A program made the position numbers and the translations under genes. DNA of 64,000 bases from Nageia nagi (Eukaryota > Plantae > Pinophyta). The stretch's first letter is position 1. Each line of letters begins with the position of its first letter. Location: contig JBITNC010000001.1 of NCBI GenBank assembly GCA_050084985.1, forward strand, positions 24,924,001-24,988,000. The letters run 5' to 3'. Below the pieces are notes generated by a model. The model was not told where the DNA came from. It did not search any database and saw only the letters and a program-made list of their open reading frames with translations. Shown here piece after piece: positions 36,301 through 48,300 of this stretch.

Positions 36301-39300
36301 GCCTTTACATGCTATTTTTCCTCCATTACTGTTAGGATCCCATATCCTAAGATTTTAATGTTGGTATTAGTTATTTTAATTAAATTGTCGACCTATATTG
36401 TAAACCGTAATATTTTGATTGTAAGGGCAGGGCTCGATTTTGCATTACTATTTAGGGTTAGTATATTATAAATAGGCGGAAGTGTGTGGAGAAATGGATC
36501 TTGAACATTATTTTTTCCCTTTTGGAGTTGTAGAGAGGTAGCCCTCTCGAAGCGGCCTGTGATTCTGTTACTATTCAATAATATCCTATCCTTATTGTTG
36601 CTATTTTGTGTTCTATTATCAGCACATGCTCTGTTATTTCCATTAGATTAGTTGTCATTTTCATGTTGAAATCGATATTTGTTTACATTTTTACAATATT
36701 TCCCTTTCATATTTGTAGCATCGTATCATCTGGTATCAGAGCTCTTTCCAAGGCCATTTTGTTGCAGGATTTTTTTTTAAAAAGGTCTAAGCTAGAAACC
36801 CTATACCGAGCGTTTTCAAATACCCAGGAGGATCTGTCATTTTTGGCTAAGCACACTTGCTCATAAAGTTGTGTGAAGTGAGGTACAAAAAACATTGCAC
36901 CAATACCCAAGCCTCAAATAGAACCCTATACGGAATCGGACTCCACGTATCGAAAGGTATATCGAAGATTATCTAGGCTATAAACGAAAACTAGGTAGGA
37001 AGCTGTGTCAACCGTCTGTAAACTGTAGCGCACCAGCAAGTGCCGCTGGAAAGTTACTTGTCACCAAAGCCATCTCCGCATCCTCTTTCCTTGCGAAAGT
37101 TGGATAGGAGAGGTGTTTAGACAAGCTTACAGAGCAGATAATCCTTACCCTAGAAAAGTTCCTTCACACAAAAAACCTTGAATCAGAAGGCAGAATGTAT
37201 GACTTGCAGTTTTTCAAAGCCGCCAAAAATAGCAATTCAGAGGCAACAAAACCTTCAGAGCTAAATAACTAAAAATCTGTATCGTTTTGGTATATTACAC
37301 CCATACACTTTTTCGGGCAGGCACTTTCTAAAAATAGCAATTTCCAAAAATAATAGTTTTAGAAATAGCAATTTCCAGAAATGGCACCTAAGACAAGATC
37401 CCAAACAATAGCACAAGCTAATCCTACCATGATGATATTTTAGACTATGATCCAACAAATGGCAGATACACTTACTGGCACATTCAAGGCTGAAATCCGA
37501 AAACTACAGACCCAAATACAAACCATTGACAGTAAGTGTGACATTGTCCAACTAAGTATCAGTTATACCAACAATGCATCCAATTCACAACAGTCAGGGA
37601 AGTCAGGAAATCCACAAGGGTATCATCATAACTTTCAGGGCCAACAAGGTGGTTTCATTCTTCCCCGCACAACCAAATTGGATTTTTTCCGATTTGATGG
37701 AGATGATTCCACTGGCTGGATTTATAAGTCCGAACAGTATTTTACATTGAACCAAATTTCAGAAGATTTGAAGGTGCGCATGGCAACTTTTCATTTGGAT
37801 CGTGAGGATTTCCAATGGCACCAATGGTACTCAAAAACTCATCCTGCTCCTTCATAGGATGAATTTACTCAACAATTATTGATCCATTTTGGTCCTAGTG
37901 ACTATGAAGATTTCACATGGGCATTGACCAAGTTACGTCAAACCACAACAATCAAAAAATACCAAAATTAGTTTGAGAAACTAGCAAATCACACAAAGGG
38001 GTTGGATGACACATTTTTCACAAGTTGTTTTATCAATGGATTAAAGGAAGAAATTAAACCAGAGGTCAAAATGTTTAATCCCAAAACTATGATGGATGCT
38101 ATTGCTTTGGCAAAACTTGCTAAAGATAAGGCCAATGCTCATCGACGAAATGTAAGGCCCCCATTCACAAAGACACATAATAATTCCCGTTCCTCTAATA
38201 ACACAAGTGCCCCACCACCAAATCGCACAATGCAAACTAAGAAGTTGACATGGGAGGAAATGGAAGAGCATGGAAAGAAGGGTTTGTGCTATAATTGTGA
38301 TGAGAAATTTGTTCATGGTCATCGTTGTAATCAAAAAAAGTTATATTTGCTTGATGTTGATGCTCCTAGTGAGAAGGAATATGTGAGTGCACCTGAAGAG
38401 GCTACAGAGGAAATTCCAGATGAGGAGGCTATCTCTTACAATGCATTGGCAAGAATTACTACCCCACAAACTATGAAGGTCAAAGGGTTTTTTGAAAAGC
38501 GCACTCTCATCATGTTGTTGGATTCGGGAAATATGTTTGTGTTGGTCATATTTGCTTTGGTGTTTAACATTTAATTATGTCCATTCTTGGTTTTATTAGG
38601 TATCTTTAGTGTGCATATTTAGAAGTTTGAAAATTAATGCCATAAAGCATGAAGGATAAGTAAAGATAATGTCTCATATAACCATATAAAAATATGATAT
38701 TTCATAAAACATGAAATACACTATTTTGCTATGATAAGCACCATGTGAAATAGGCAAAGTAGGACTCTTCATGAAAGCATTAGGCATATATGCTTAAGGT
38801 GATAATGTAGTTGAAGTAGACATATTTTTATAAAAATGTTTGAAAGTGTAAAACTTGGAGTTGCACGCAAATTTGCAAACTACCAACTCAACATGTTTCT
38901 GAGTTGAGAAAAAAAATGGCACAAGCCATTAAATCTAGCACGAAAGCCACCTGCCCCCATGTTGAAAGTAATAGTGTTTTGTTATCATGTTTAGCTTCCC
39001 AATGCTGGCATAGAATGTTGGTGGGCGGAAATATGTTTCATTCTCAAAGGTTTTAGAGAACGTAGATGAGGAGTACCATGAATGGCATCTAGAAGGTTGG
39101 AAAGCCTTCCCAAAAACATTTCTTTGCATGGAACATGCAAGTCTGAAGAACTAACAAGAGAGTGTTTGTATTAAATCCACAAAGGAGCCGAACTCTAAGC
39201 AGTGTGCTTAACCTATTCTCCTCTCTCAGCACTCTTTAGTTTAAAATTTTTGAAGCATTCTAGATAAAAATGCTATTGGCTTGTTTCAATATGTTATAGA

Positions 39301-42300
39301 ATGAAATGGGTATGGCATGAAAGCATTTCAGGTTGATATGCTAATGTTTACTCTGAAACACAATCCGGAATAAAATGGGTATTGCATGGGATATATTGCA
39401 TTCCAAAACCTCAATATCAATCTTCAAATTTCGAGTTTGTTGGCATAAGAAACTAATTAGAAACCAAGTATCAGAATTTGAGACATTTATCTTAATTTGC
39501 AAGACTTTCCACTTAAGAATCTTTATGAGAAACATGGACTTCAACATTCAATAAGCTTCTTGAATTTAAAAATGAAGTCGTGATAGAAGTATTGGAGTTT
39601 CTTTAAATTCTCAGCCATTCAAATTCATTCTGAAACTATTAATTCTAAAATGAAGTGCTGAGAAACGGTAGGTGAATCCTTATGTATATTATCTGAAAGA
39701 AAACTGAAACAAAGATTAAAAAAATCATCATTGTTAGATTTGCAATATTCCCATGTTAGAATGCAGAAAAATAAAACATTGGAGTGAAGAGTTCCAAAAA
39801 TGATTTTATTATTTCATGTACGGTCAAGCATGTTGACCACAAAGAGCTTCATGAGGATTTTGATGATATGCTAAAGTCCATTATAATGACTCATAAATAT
39901 GGACTACCCTGAATGTGTAGGTAGTAAAACCTATCCTACTAATATAAGATAAGTTGAAAAAGTTAATAGTGAATAAATGGAGACGCCAGCCATGGCATGT
40001 TTGCAATAAGGTAGTTTTATGAATCAGAATTATGCATATAAAATAGAATAGGCCTATCCTAGAGCTAAAATAAAATAACAAATAATAATTAAAATGATAC
40101 AAAGAGGGATCAAAACCCTAAAAGAGGGAAGAAACAAAGCCTAGAGCGATCAAGGGCGGACCACTCTAGGCCTCTTTAGGGGAGAATGTGTAGGCACTCG
40201 CAATTGCTCAACTACAGGGGCTTGCTGGTCATGAGAAAATTATGTAATGGAATATTTCCTATTGTAAGGAATTCAAATGACTTTTGCATAGAAGACTATA
40301 AATGTTATGATAAACTCAGTTCTTTACATTATATTGTCCTTTACAAAAAAATGTGAGTCGTTTTGGTGTAGGGAATTACATATCACCTTAGAAGGTAGTT
40401 ACAAATGAATTGAGAGACCAAGCAATAAATGAAGAAACCTATGAGTTTGCAAAGGGATATCTATTGTTGACTCCTACTCACATCTGAAGAAGGAAAACTC
40501 AATGACCAAGTAAATACTTGTATTTGTTAATTGTCATGAACTTTACTTCAATTTCTTGATATATATCAAAATTTTCATGAGAAGGTCGCCAATGGAATGC
40601 GGATGGCCCCCTACAAACCCTAATAGCATAGTCATTGCGTGCATGGACACCCTAGGAGATTTATGGCAACAAAGAGCAGAGTGGTGGTGAGGATCCAGTT
40701 GAGAGAATGAAGTGTTGCAGTCTCTGGAGGCAACCGTAGTGGCAATTTGGCATGATACTAGTGTAACAACACGCACTTGGCAGGTCGTATTGAAGAGCAA
40801 AGCAGAAATCTATGCTCGGACCCTCTAAGGATTTGAGGGTAGCCATCCCTTTTTGGGTGGCCCATGGAAACCCTAAGCGAGGTGGTATGGGAACTATCTT
40901 CATTTTTCTACGAAAGAAGGATTGTGTGGTATGAGCATTGGGATACAAATGAAGGATTGTGTGGCATGAGCATTGGGGACAAGGGCATGGTGATCATGGA
41001 AATGGGGTTCCTACTAGGGTTTTGTAAGGCTTCATCTCTTGTGGTGGACCTACATACGATTGATGAAGAGGGGTGTAGAGACAAAAAGGAGAATGAAGGG
41101 AGGAGAAATGATGCTCAGAGGTGTAATGTTTTAGGTTTGCAAATCCTACAGGGGTAAGGCCTGAACCTATGGTTAAGTAAGAGGTTTGATGAAGTACCAA
41201 GCTCTCTTTCCCACTTTCAGATTATCGTCTTTGTGCTGAAGAGAGGAGGTAAGGATCTCCTTAGAACCGATTCCCAGAGGCTATGTTGTTTGATAGTCTC
41301 TAGTTTTTGGTTGGATTAGATTTAAGTTACTAATTCTTTTTTAGTGGGGTTTCCATTTCTCCAGCCCTGGTTTTTGAAAGCTTTCAGCATTGATCCCTGC
41401 TCTGAGATGTGGAAGAAGGTAGGGAGATGATCTCTGATATGTGGCAAATCTTAGAGGGGCTTTCCTCGGATTTAAATAATGTCTAGAGGGGCTATTATTT
41501 AGGATGTATTTTCAGATATATTTTGCCCTTCCTAAGCATGGTTTTGCCGATGAGCTGTGTTAAAAATCTTGTAGAACTGTAAAAAGTTACTAGTCCTTTC
41601 AAAACGTTTGTTTTTACCACTAATCAAAAAACATTTCTTCATGTATAGTAAATTAATGATTTAATTTATTTTTCTTCTTTAGATTTATGTAAGAGGCTCG
41701 GGCCAACAAGTTGGAAGTTCTTTCAAAGGTCGCAATACGAGTATTGGAGCAGCCATGTAGTGCTTATGGATATGAGCATAACTGGAACACCTTTGCCCAA
41801 ATCCATTCAAAGAAGCTAATAAACTCACCCATGTGCGATTGAATGACTTGGTCTTCATGCACTACAACCTACACCTTCAACGCAAACAAATTCACGAATC
41901 CAACTACAAGGCCACAAATTTGAATGCCTTTGATCTGCAATCTGAATAGATTTCACAACAACAGCAAGAGAAGAAGGAAAAGCACTTGTTTTCCATAGAG
42001 GACTTTGAAGTTGTTAAACAGTTTAACTTTATTTTGTCTAAATATCTTTTTTTTTTTTGTTTTTTAAGCTGAGTTTTGCCATGTTAGAGTATGATAATTG
42101 ATAACTATGGATCAAACTCTTAGAGCCAAATTTTGACTGTCAATACAAGGACGGAACTTGAAATTTAATCTTCCTCAGTCTTACATTCAGTATTCACGAA
42201 GCATTAATTGTCCATTTTAAAGCCAAATCACTCCGTACAATTCAGAAAGTAATTTAATTAAAACCATTACACAGTCAGTTTCTTGTGGCTGACTGAATAG

Positions 42301-45300
42301 ACGAATTGATCTCAAGAACATTTTAACCGGGTTCTTCAACTAGCAAGTACTAGAATCTGGCCTTCTTTTTTTACAACTTCTAGTCATTCCAGGTACATGA
42401 ATTGAAGTTGGAATGGTTCAGTAGTTTGCCTGCTTTCATAGAAAACCACTGCATGCCATTAATTTCCAATTATAATGTTATCATGTTTTCAGAAAATATG
42501 ATCAGACTAAGCAATTCATGGTTCTTTATGGTTATTGGATAAAATGTTGAGTAGGGAACCTCCAGAGTGTGATGTAGAAATTGAAAATAGCAGTTTATCT
42601 GAAATGGAGTATTTGTGAAGGCATTCTTTCTGGATGTGTTGATCTTTATGTTTCTATCACACCAATGCGACAAATCCATGCAAGAGTTCAACTGGATCAC
42701 ACCCCTGTAAAATGCATTATGCCTAGAACTGAATTCGCATATAATTAATTTGCCTGCCAGTTCAACAGGTTATATGCACTTGGAAGATATAACTCAAAGA
42801 AACTTCAAAACTTAACTTGTATACAAGGTTGAGAGCAGTTACTACCAGACACTAGATCAGAAATGTTGAAGGGACAAAACTTGGATTGGTTATAGAACCA
42901 GAATTGATAGCTAAACTGAACTTGAGATAATGCATGAGATTGGTCTACGCCAGTTCCATAAGATATAGTATAGAAGGTAATTATATTGACTTCTCATAGA
43001 AAAATTTTGTTTTTGATAGTCAATGCTAAGCCATAAACCATGAATACAGTAAGTAAATTAATCCTACACTGTAAATTGAATCTCGCAACATCAAAAAGAA
43101 ATCTAATAAAGATTTGAAAAATATTTCATACGGAAAAGACACAAGTATAAGCTGGCCTTAAAGAGTAAAATAACTTCGCAAAACAATAATGCCAGGGAAT
43201 AACACTAACACTTGTCTTACAACCAAAAAGATTATAAAATAATGCTCATTGAATGGTTAGAATCTTAGAAATACAGAAATGCATGGGAAACAACTTTAAA
43301 AACTGCAACATTCTATTTAACGTAGTAAAATGCTAAAGGATATTAAAGCAGAACATAATGCCACAGCAACACCTGCATAAAGTAAATTAGAATCTAAATT
43401 AATAATTTTTTAAAATAATAAATTTGAAAATTATCACAAGAGAAAAATAAACTGACTAGATAATTCGGAACTGAAACAAGTTTTTCTTTAAAATGAGAAA
43501 ATGCATCTGTAGGCAGTTGCTTATCACAACAATTGTTTTTACAAGTACAGCATAGTAGGCATACAAACATCTAGAAATGATAGAGAGCAGTCTTCATCCC
43601 TAGTGCAATATCTGTTTACATAGTCTACAGAAAAAGGAAAAACAACATAGAATTACATATCTGTTTCCCATAAAAATGGATTTCCTACATGGCAGAAGTA
43701 GAGCTAATGCACAGTGGAGGCGATTGCCACCATCTCCCATTAACAGAAGACATGCATGTATCACATAGTACTGATAGTTGCCAAAGTACTTGTCCCATCG
43801 TGTCCCTTCTATTTGCTTTACCAAATAGGCTTCATGTGTTTGTCTGAGTTATTCAGGTGTTGATGTTTTCAATGTTTGGATAGATCACTTAAGGCAAAGG
43901 TGAAGGCACTTCCAGTATGCTTTGTCGACAATCTTTGCCAACAGGAAAAGACATGGTATAGTCCTAGTTATCACTAATCATAGTAGTCAAACTCGGACTC
44001 AAAGAGTGCTCGGCAAGCAATTGGACTTGGGAAAAACTCGGATTCAACAAAACTCAGTACAAAAAAATTAAGAAGATACATATTTTCATATATTACACAA
44101 TATATTTTAGTCATCTCACATCAAATTTAGTCCATACCATGCCAAATGACCATCACTATTCTACTATTTGGTACATTGCACATCAAAGAACAAAATAGAT
44201 AATAATTTTCAATATTTTCTATAAGTCTTCACCAAAATATATTAAAAAACATAAACATTGAAAATGTTTATCATTACAAAACAAAAGCAGCATATCATTG
44301 GCCCCTTTCCTTTGGTCTTTGCCTTCTCTTTTGCAGTTCTACTTCTAGTTGTTGTTGGTTGTGTGAGTGCCACTTGTGCTTGCAATGCTTATGTTGCTTG
44401 TTCCTCATCCTTTGCCATCGCAATAGCCTCTTGTTCCATAGCATCAAACTCCTAAAAGCTGAAATTGAAAAGAGGATCCCCCTCCTCTAGCTGATCTGAT
44501 ATCTGATCTGATTGGATCAATGGCATTTAATTCAATGGATATGCTCCAATTTTGCTCATATCCAAAAGCACTACATGCTTGGCACAAATTTTTCTTGCAA
44601 TCTTCTAAATTTTTAGCATCCTAGCACCATAATTCTATGACCATAAATTTACAAAATTAAAATAAATTAAAAATAAGAAAAAAATCAGATTCTAATTTTT
44701 GTATTATTATTGAACAATTCATTAAAATAAACTATAAGCAACTACCAAAGGTTGAAGCTTGTTGAGGTCCTTGGAATATTCGGTGTCCCTTTCCTACCAA
44801 ATGTTGAGATCCTCCTGAACCCGAACCTGCACCTCAACCAATTTGTGTTCCTCCAGCTAACACTTTTTGAACAAGTTCCATGTTTTTGCTCAAAGTGCTA
44901 TATGTGGAATCCATAGCTGCCAATGTTTATTGAAGGGAGGTGAAGGCAGTAGGAAGGTGAATATCACCAACCGGTTCGCTCAATTTGTCAACCCTTGCAA
45001 ACAATTTATTAAAGTCTTGAGATCTTCTTTCTTCAGCCATCTTGCTATTTATAGAAACTGCTATTTTTAGAAACTGAAAAAAGAGTATGAGTGCTATATA
45101 TTAAAAAGATCAACACGAAAAAATAAACACAATGGGATAGGTCTCAAAATGATGATTTTCAGAGCTCCTCCAAGTCCTCCAAGTGGGACCCTCATTTCAA
45201 TCTCATTTGCCAAAATGAGACTTTTTCAAGGATGTAATGTCTCAAAAACATGTAAAAATCCATCAATTTCTTGCTTGTCAATTTGTAAAAGTTGTCAAGT

Positions 45301-48300
45301 AAGAAACAATTCAATTCATCAAATCAAGGGCAAAGACATGCATTCTTTGTCACTAATCTCAATTTCATGATCCAAGATATGGCCACAATGGCATTTCAGA
45401 GTCATGAAACCTTAAAGGGAAGACCACCAACAATCCATTTCTGGACTGCCAACGTTCCTCTCTCATCATCATAGTTTGATCCTGTTTGGAGGTGCAAATT
45501 CACAAAGACCTTGATTTGTCCTGATGTCATCTTCATCAAAAATGACTTGTCTTTCCAACCTTGGGATCCCACCCTACCTTGGGTAGATTAAGGTAAGTTT
45601 TATTCCATTGAGATTTGCCTCAATTCAGCCTTTGGTTGAACACCTTCAAGTGAGTAAGTTTCAAGTATGAAGTTCAAATTTGTTTGGTAGCTTAATCTGA
45701 AATTTTCTTACCATCTTCTCATTTTTCAGACAAAGTTATCAATGATTCCTTAAGGTAGATAACTCTACTCCAAGATTATCAGATGTTTAGCAGTGGGGAA
45801 TTGCCATCCATGACCCTTTTGGTAGATGGTTATGTCTCCAAGATTGCCATTGGCCCATTCCAAGATACTTCTGATTGCATTTTCATTGTTTGATTAACAA
45901 TGATTGATGATTTGTGAGCTAACATATTGAAACTCATACATGTATGATCCAACAATGAATGTTACGTAAGCTATGGTGTTTGGTAGAAATGCTACTTTCT
46001 TATTTTTGCCTTGAATCACTCTTTCTTGCTTCACGAAGAAAGCATCCAAATCAGAAAGGGGGCATGGAGTTGGTGTTACCACAAAATGGATTCATATTTT
46101 TCAAGAAAGTTTTCTTTCATGTTTTACTTCAGAATGTATGATTTTTCAAATGCTTTCATTTTTCAATCACACTTCCAAAGTGAGGCATCTAAAGATACCT
46201 AAAATTGAATTTAATTTATTAAAAAAAATAATTTTAGGTATCAATAATGATAATAATAATAATAAATGTTACTTTCTAGATTATTCTCAAATAGCAGACT
46301 AATGTGTTTCTTTTATCTAGGTTAAACATGGCCCTAAGGAGTGGATTAAGGAGGTGAAGAACCTATATAATGGAGACTCGTGTAAGTCCACTATCAAGAC
46401 AGATATTTAAAAGCATATCAAATCTTGATAGTAGAAAATCTATAATTTGCTACTGTGTCTCTCGATACCATCTGTCAAGATTGGAATTTGGATAGCTGGT
46501 TAATTGTCAAGAGGACTGCCAATGATCCTCCCTAAAGGTTAAACAGGTCGCCAGCAATCCATTCCTGTGGATCAAGGCTCCGATCCTTCTAAGACATCTT
46601 TGTTGGATCATCTACTGCATGTCTCAGGTCTTCATTAGGTAAGTACTCTGATTTCCATCCTGATTAGGCCATAGTAGCAATATTGTTGATTTCGTTTGTT
46701 TGTCATTAATCTTATTTCTCATAGCCATTATATGCAATCGGCTGGTTAGATATGTTGGATCATTATTTATTATTTTATCTTTCAAATCCAACTTTAAATA
46801 TCTATATCTTGCTTGGGATCTTGTAAACATGAGCGTTCAGGAATAGATAGGGTTAGGATGAAAGAGAAAAAATGTATAGGGTTTTGAGAAACCAAAAGCA
46901 AATCATCAGCTCGAGCAACTCACTCCAATAGGGGGTGTTTGATAATATACATATAACAACCACGTATTCAACAAGATAGATAGCTTATCTTTAAAATAAC
47001 ACAGTCTAAAAAACGCAAATCTCAATCGAAGCAATCTAGAAACTAGCAAAAACGTAAATATTAACAACATCCACAAGCCCTCATCAACAATAAATGTATT
47101 CAACACTAGCAATTGGGAGAAGGTCAAACAGCTTTGAATTATATGAGAATGACAATACAGCTTCGTTTACACAAAAGGGCAAACTCTTAAAAATCTGACC
47201 CTTGTTTCAAGACTTTTGTTCCCTTGAATATCTTTTGCAATGCTAGAAATAAATCTAAACTACTAGAATTGCAACATCCAACACATGCAAGATGCATGGC
47301 GAGAAAGAAACTATCATACATATCAATTAAAATTGCAACCTTCGATCTTTCGCTTGACAAATCATGGTTTTCACAATTTTTCTATTTCTATTCAATCTGT
47401 ATGCTCGGTAATGCAAATTCATCTTTTTGAGTCTATCCGCATGCTTAGCAGCACCTGTTCATCTCCCGACAGCATCGGCAATTTGAGTGAGCATATTCAT
47501 CTATGCCTGGGAGTTCCAATCATATGAGCTCAAGCTAGCATAGATTTCATCTTTACTGAATATTTTAGAATACTAACGTCATTTTGCTTGATGAGAACTC
47601 TAGTGTTGAGACTTGAATGCAGTAGGCTTATCTTTGTATCCCAATGCTAACTGCACACGTATACTATTTTATGCCCGTATTAGCTTAATTACAGGCGTGA
47701 TTCCTTCAATTGTGACTTGACATTTTATAAAATCCAGAACTCAGAGGAAGCTTATGCTAATGTCAACTCTTGAAAGTTCCAACTTCTACAGTTTTCTTAG
47801 CACTTATGATCTTTTGTTTCTAATAATGAGAAAGCATAATAACATATTGATACAATAAAGGCAAAAACAAAAGACTCATAAATAGACATTGTTGTAATGT
47901 CCCATTTTTCAATCTCCCATGTGTATATATTTGTGGTGTGGTGTGTGGTTTGCATTTTTAAGTTTTGTAGTTAAGTGAGGTATTTTATTTAAAAGAAAAT
48001 AATAAAATAGCAAAGAGGGAGCTATAAGGGACTATGTGTTAGGAGAAATAATAATAGATATTTTAATTTTTGTTTGAAAAATAAACTTAAGTCATAATGG
48101 ATGCCTTGGGAATAGACAACGAAGAATTAGAACAAGATGCTATAAAAGGAGGCTAGGCATCTCATATGGGTATGCATTTGTCATTTGGTAATTATGATTT
48201 GGTGAATCTGAGTGATTCTAAGAGACAAGGTTGATCCTTGCTCATCTCTGAAGTGGGTTGATCCCTCTCATCAAAAAAGCTCAATTTGATAGACAAGGTT

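Larger units (their letters stand above)
30155..42109 (+). mobile_element. Degenerate hAT DNA transposon (BED / DUF659 / hAT dimerisation) with nested insertions
   Basis: [10 protein letters not shown] (BED-like), [44 protein letters not shown] and [10 protein letters not shown] at 30600-32500; [34 protein letters not shown] at 41700-41900. Ends CATAGT (30155) / ACTATG (42109); TSD poorly conserved, so the ends are tentative. Confidence 0.8.
29038..43343 (-). other. U12-type (minor spliceosome) AT-AC intron, 14,306 nt
   Basis: 5' splice site ATATCCTTT (43343-43335); branch point CCTTAAC (29054-29048); terminal AC (29039-29038) about 10 nt downstream. Joining gives in-frame SAL|LFKY. Confidence 0.9.
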
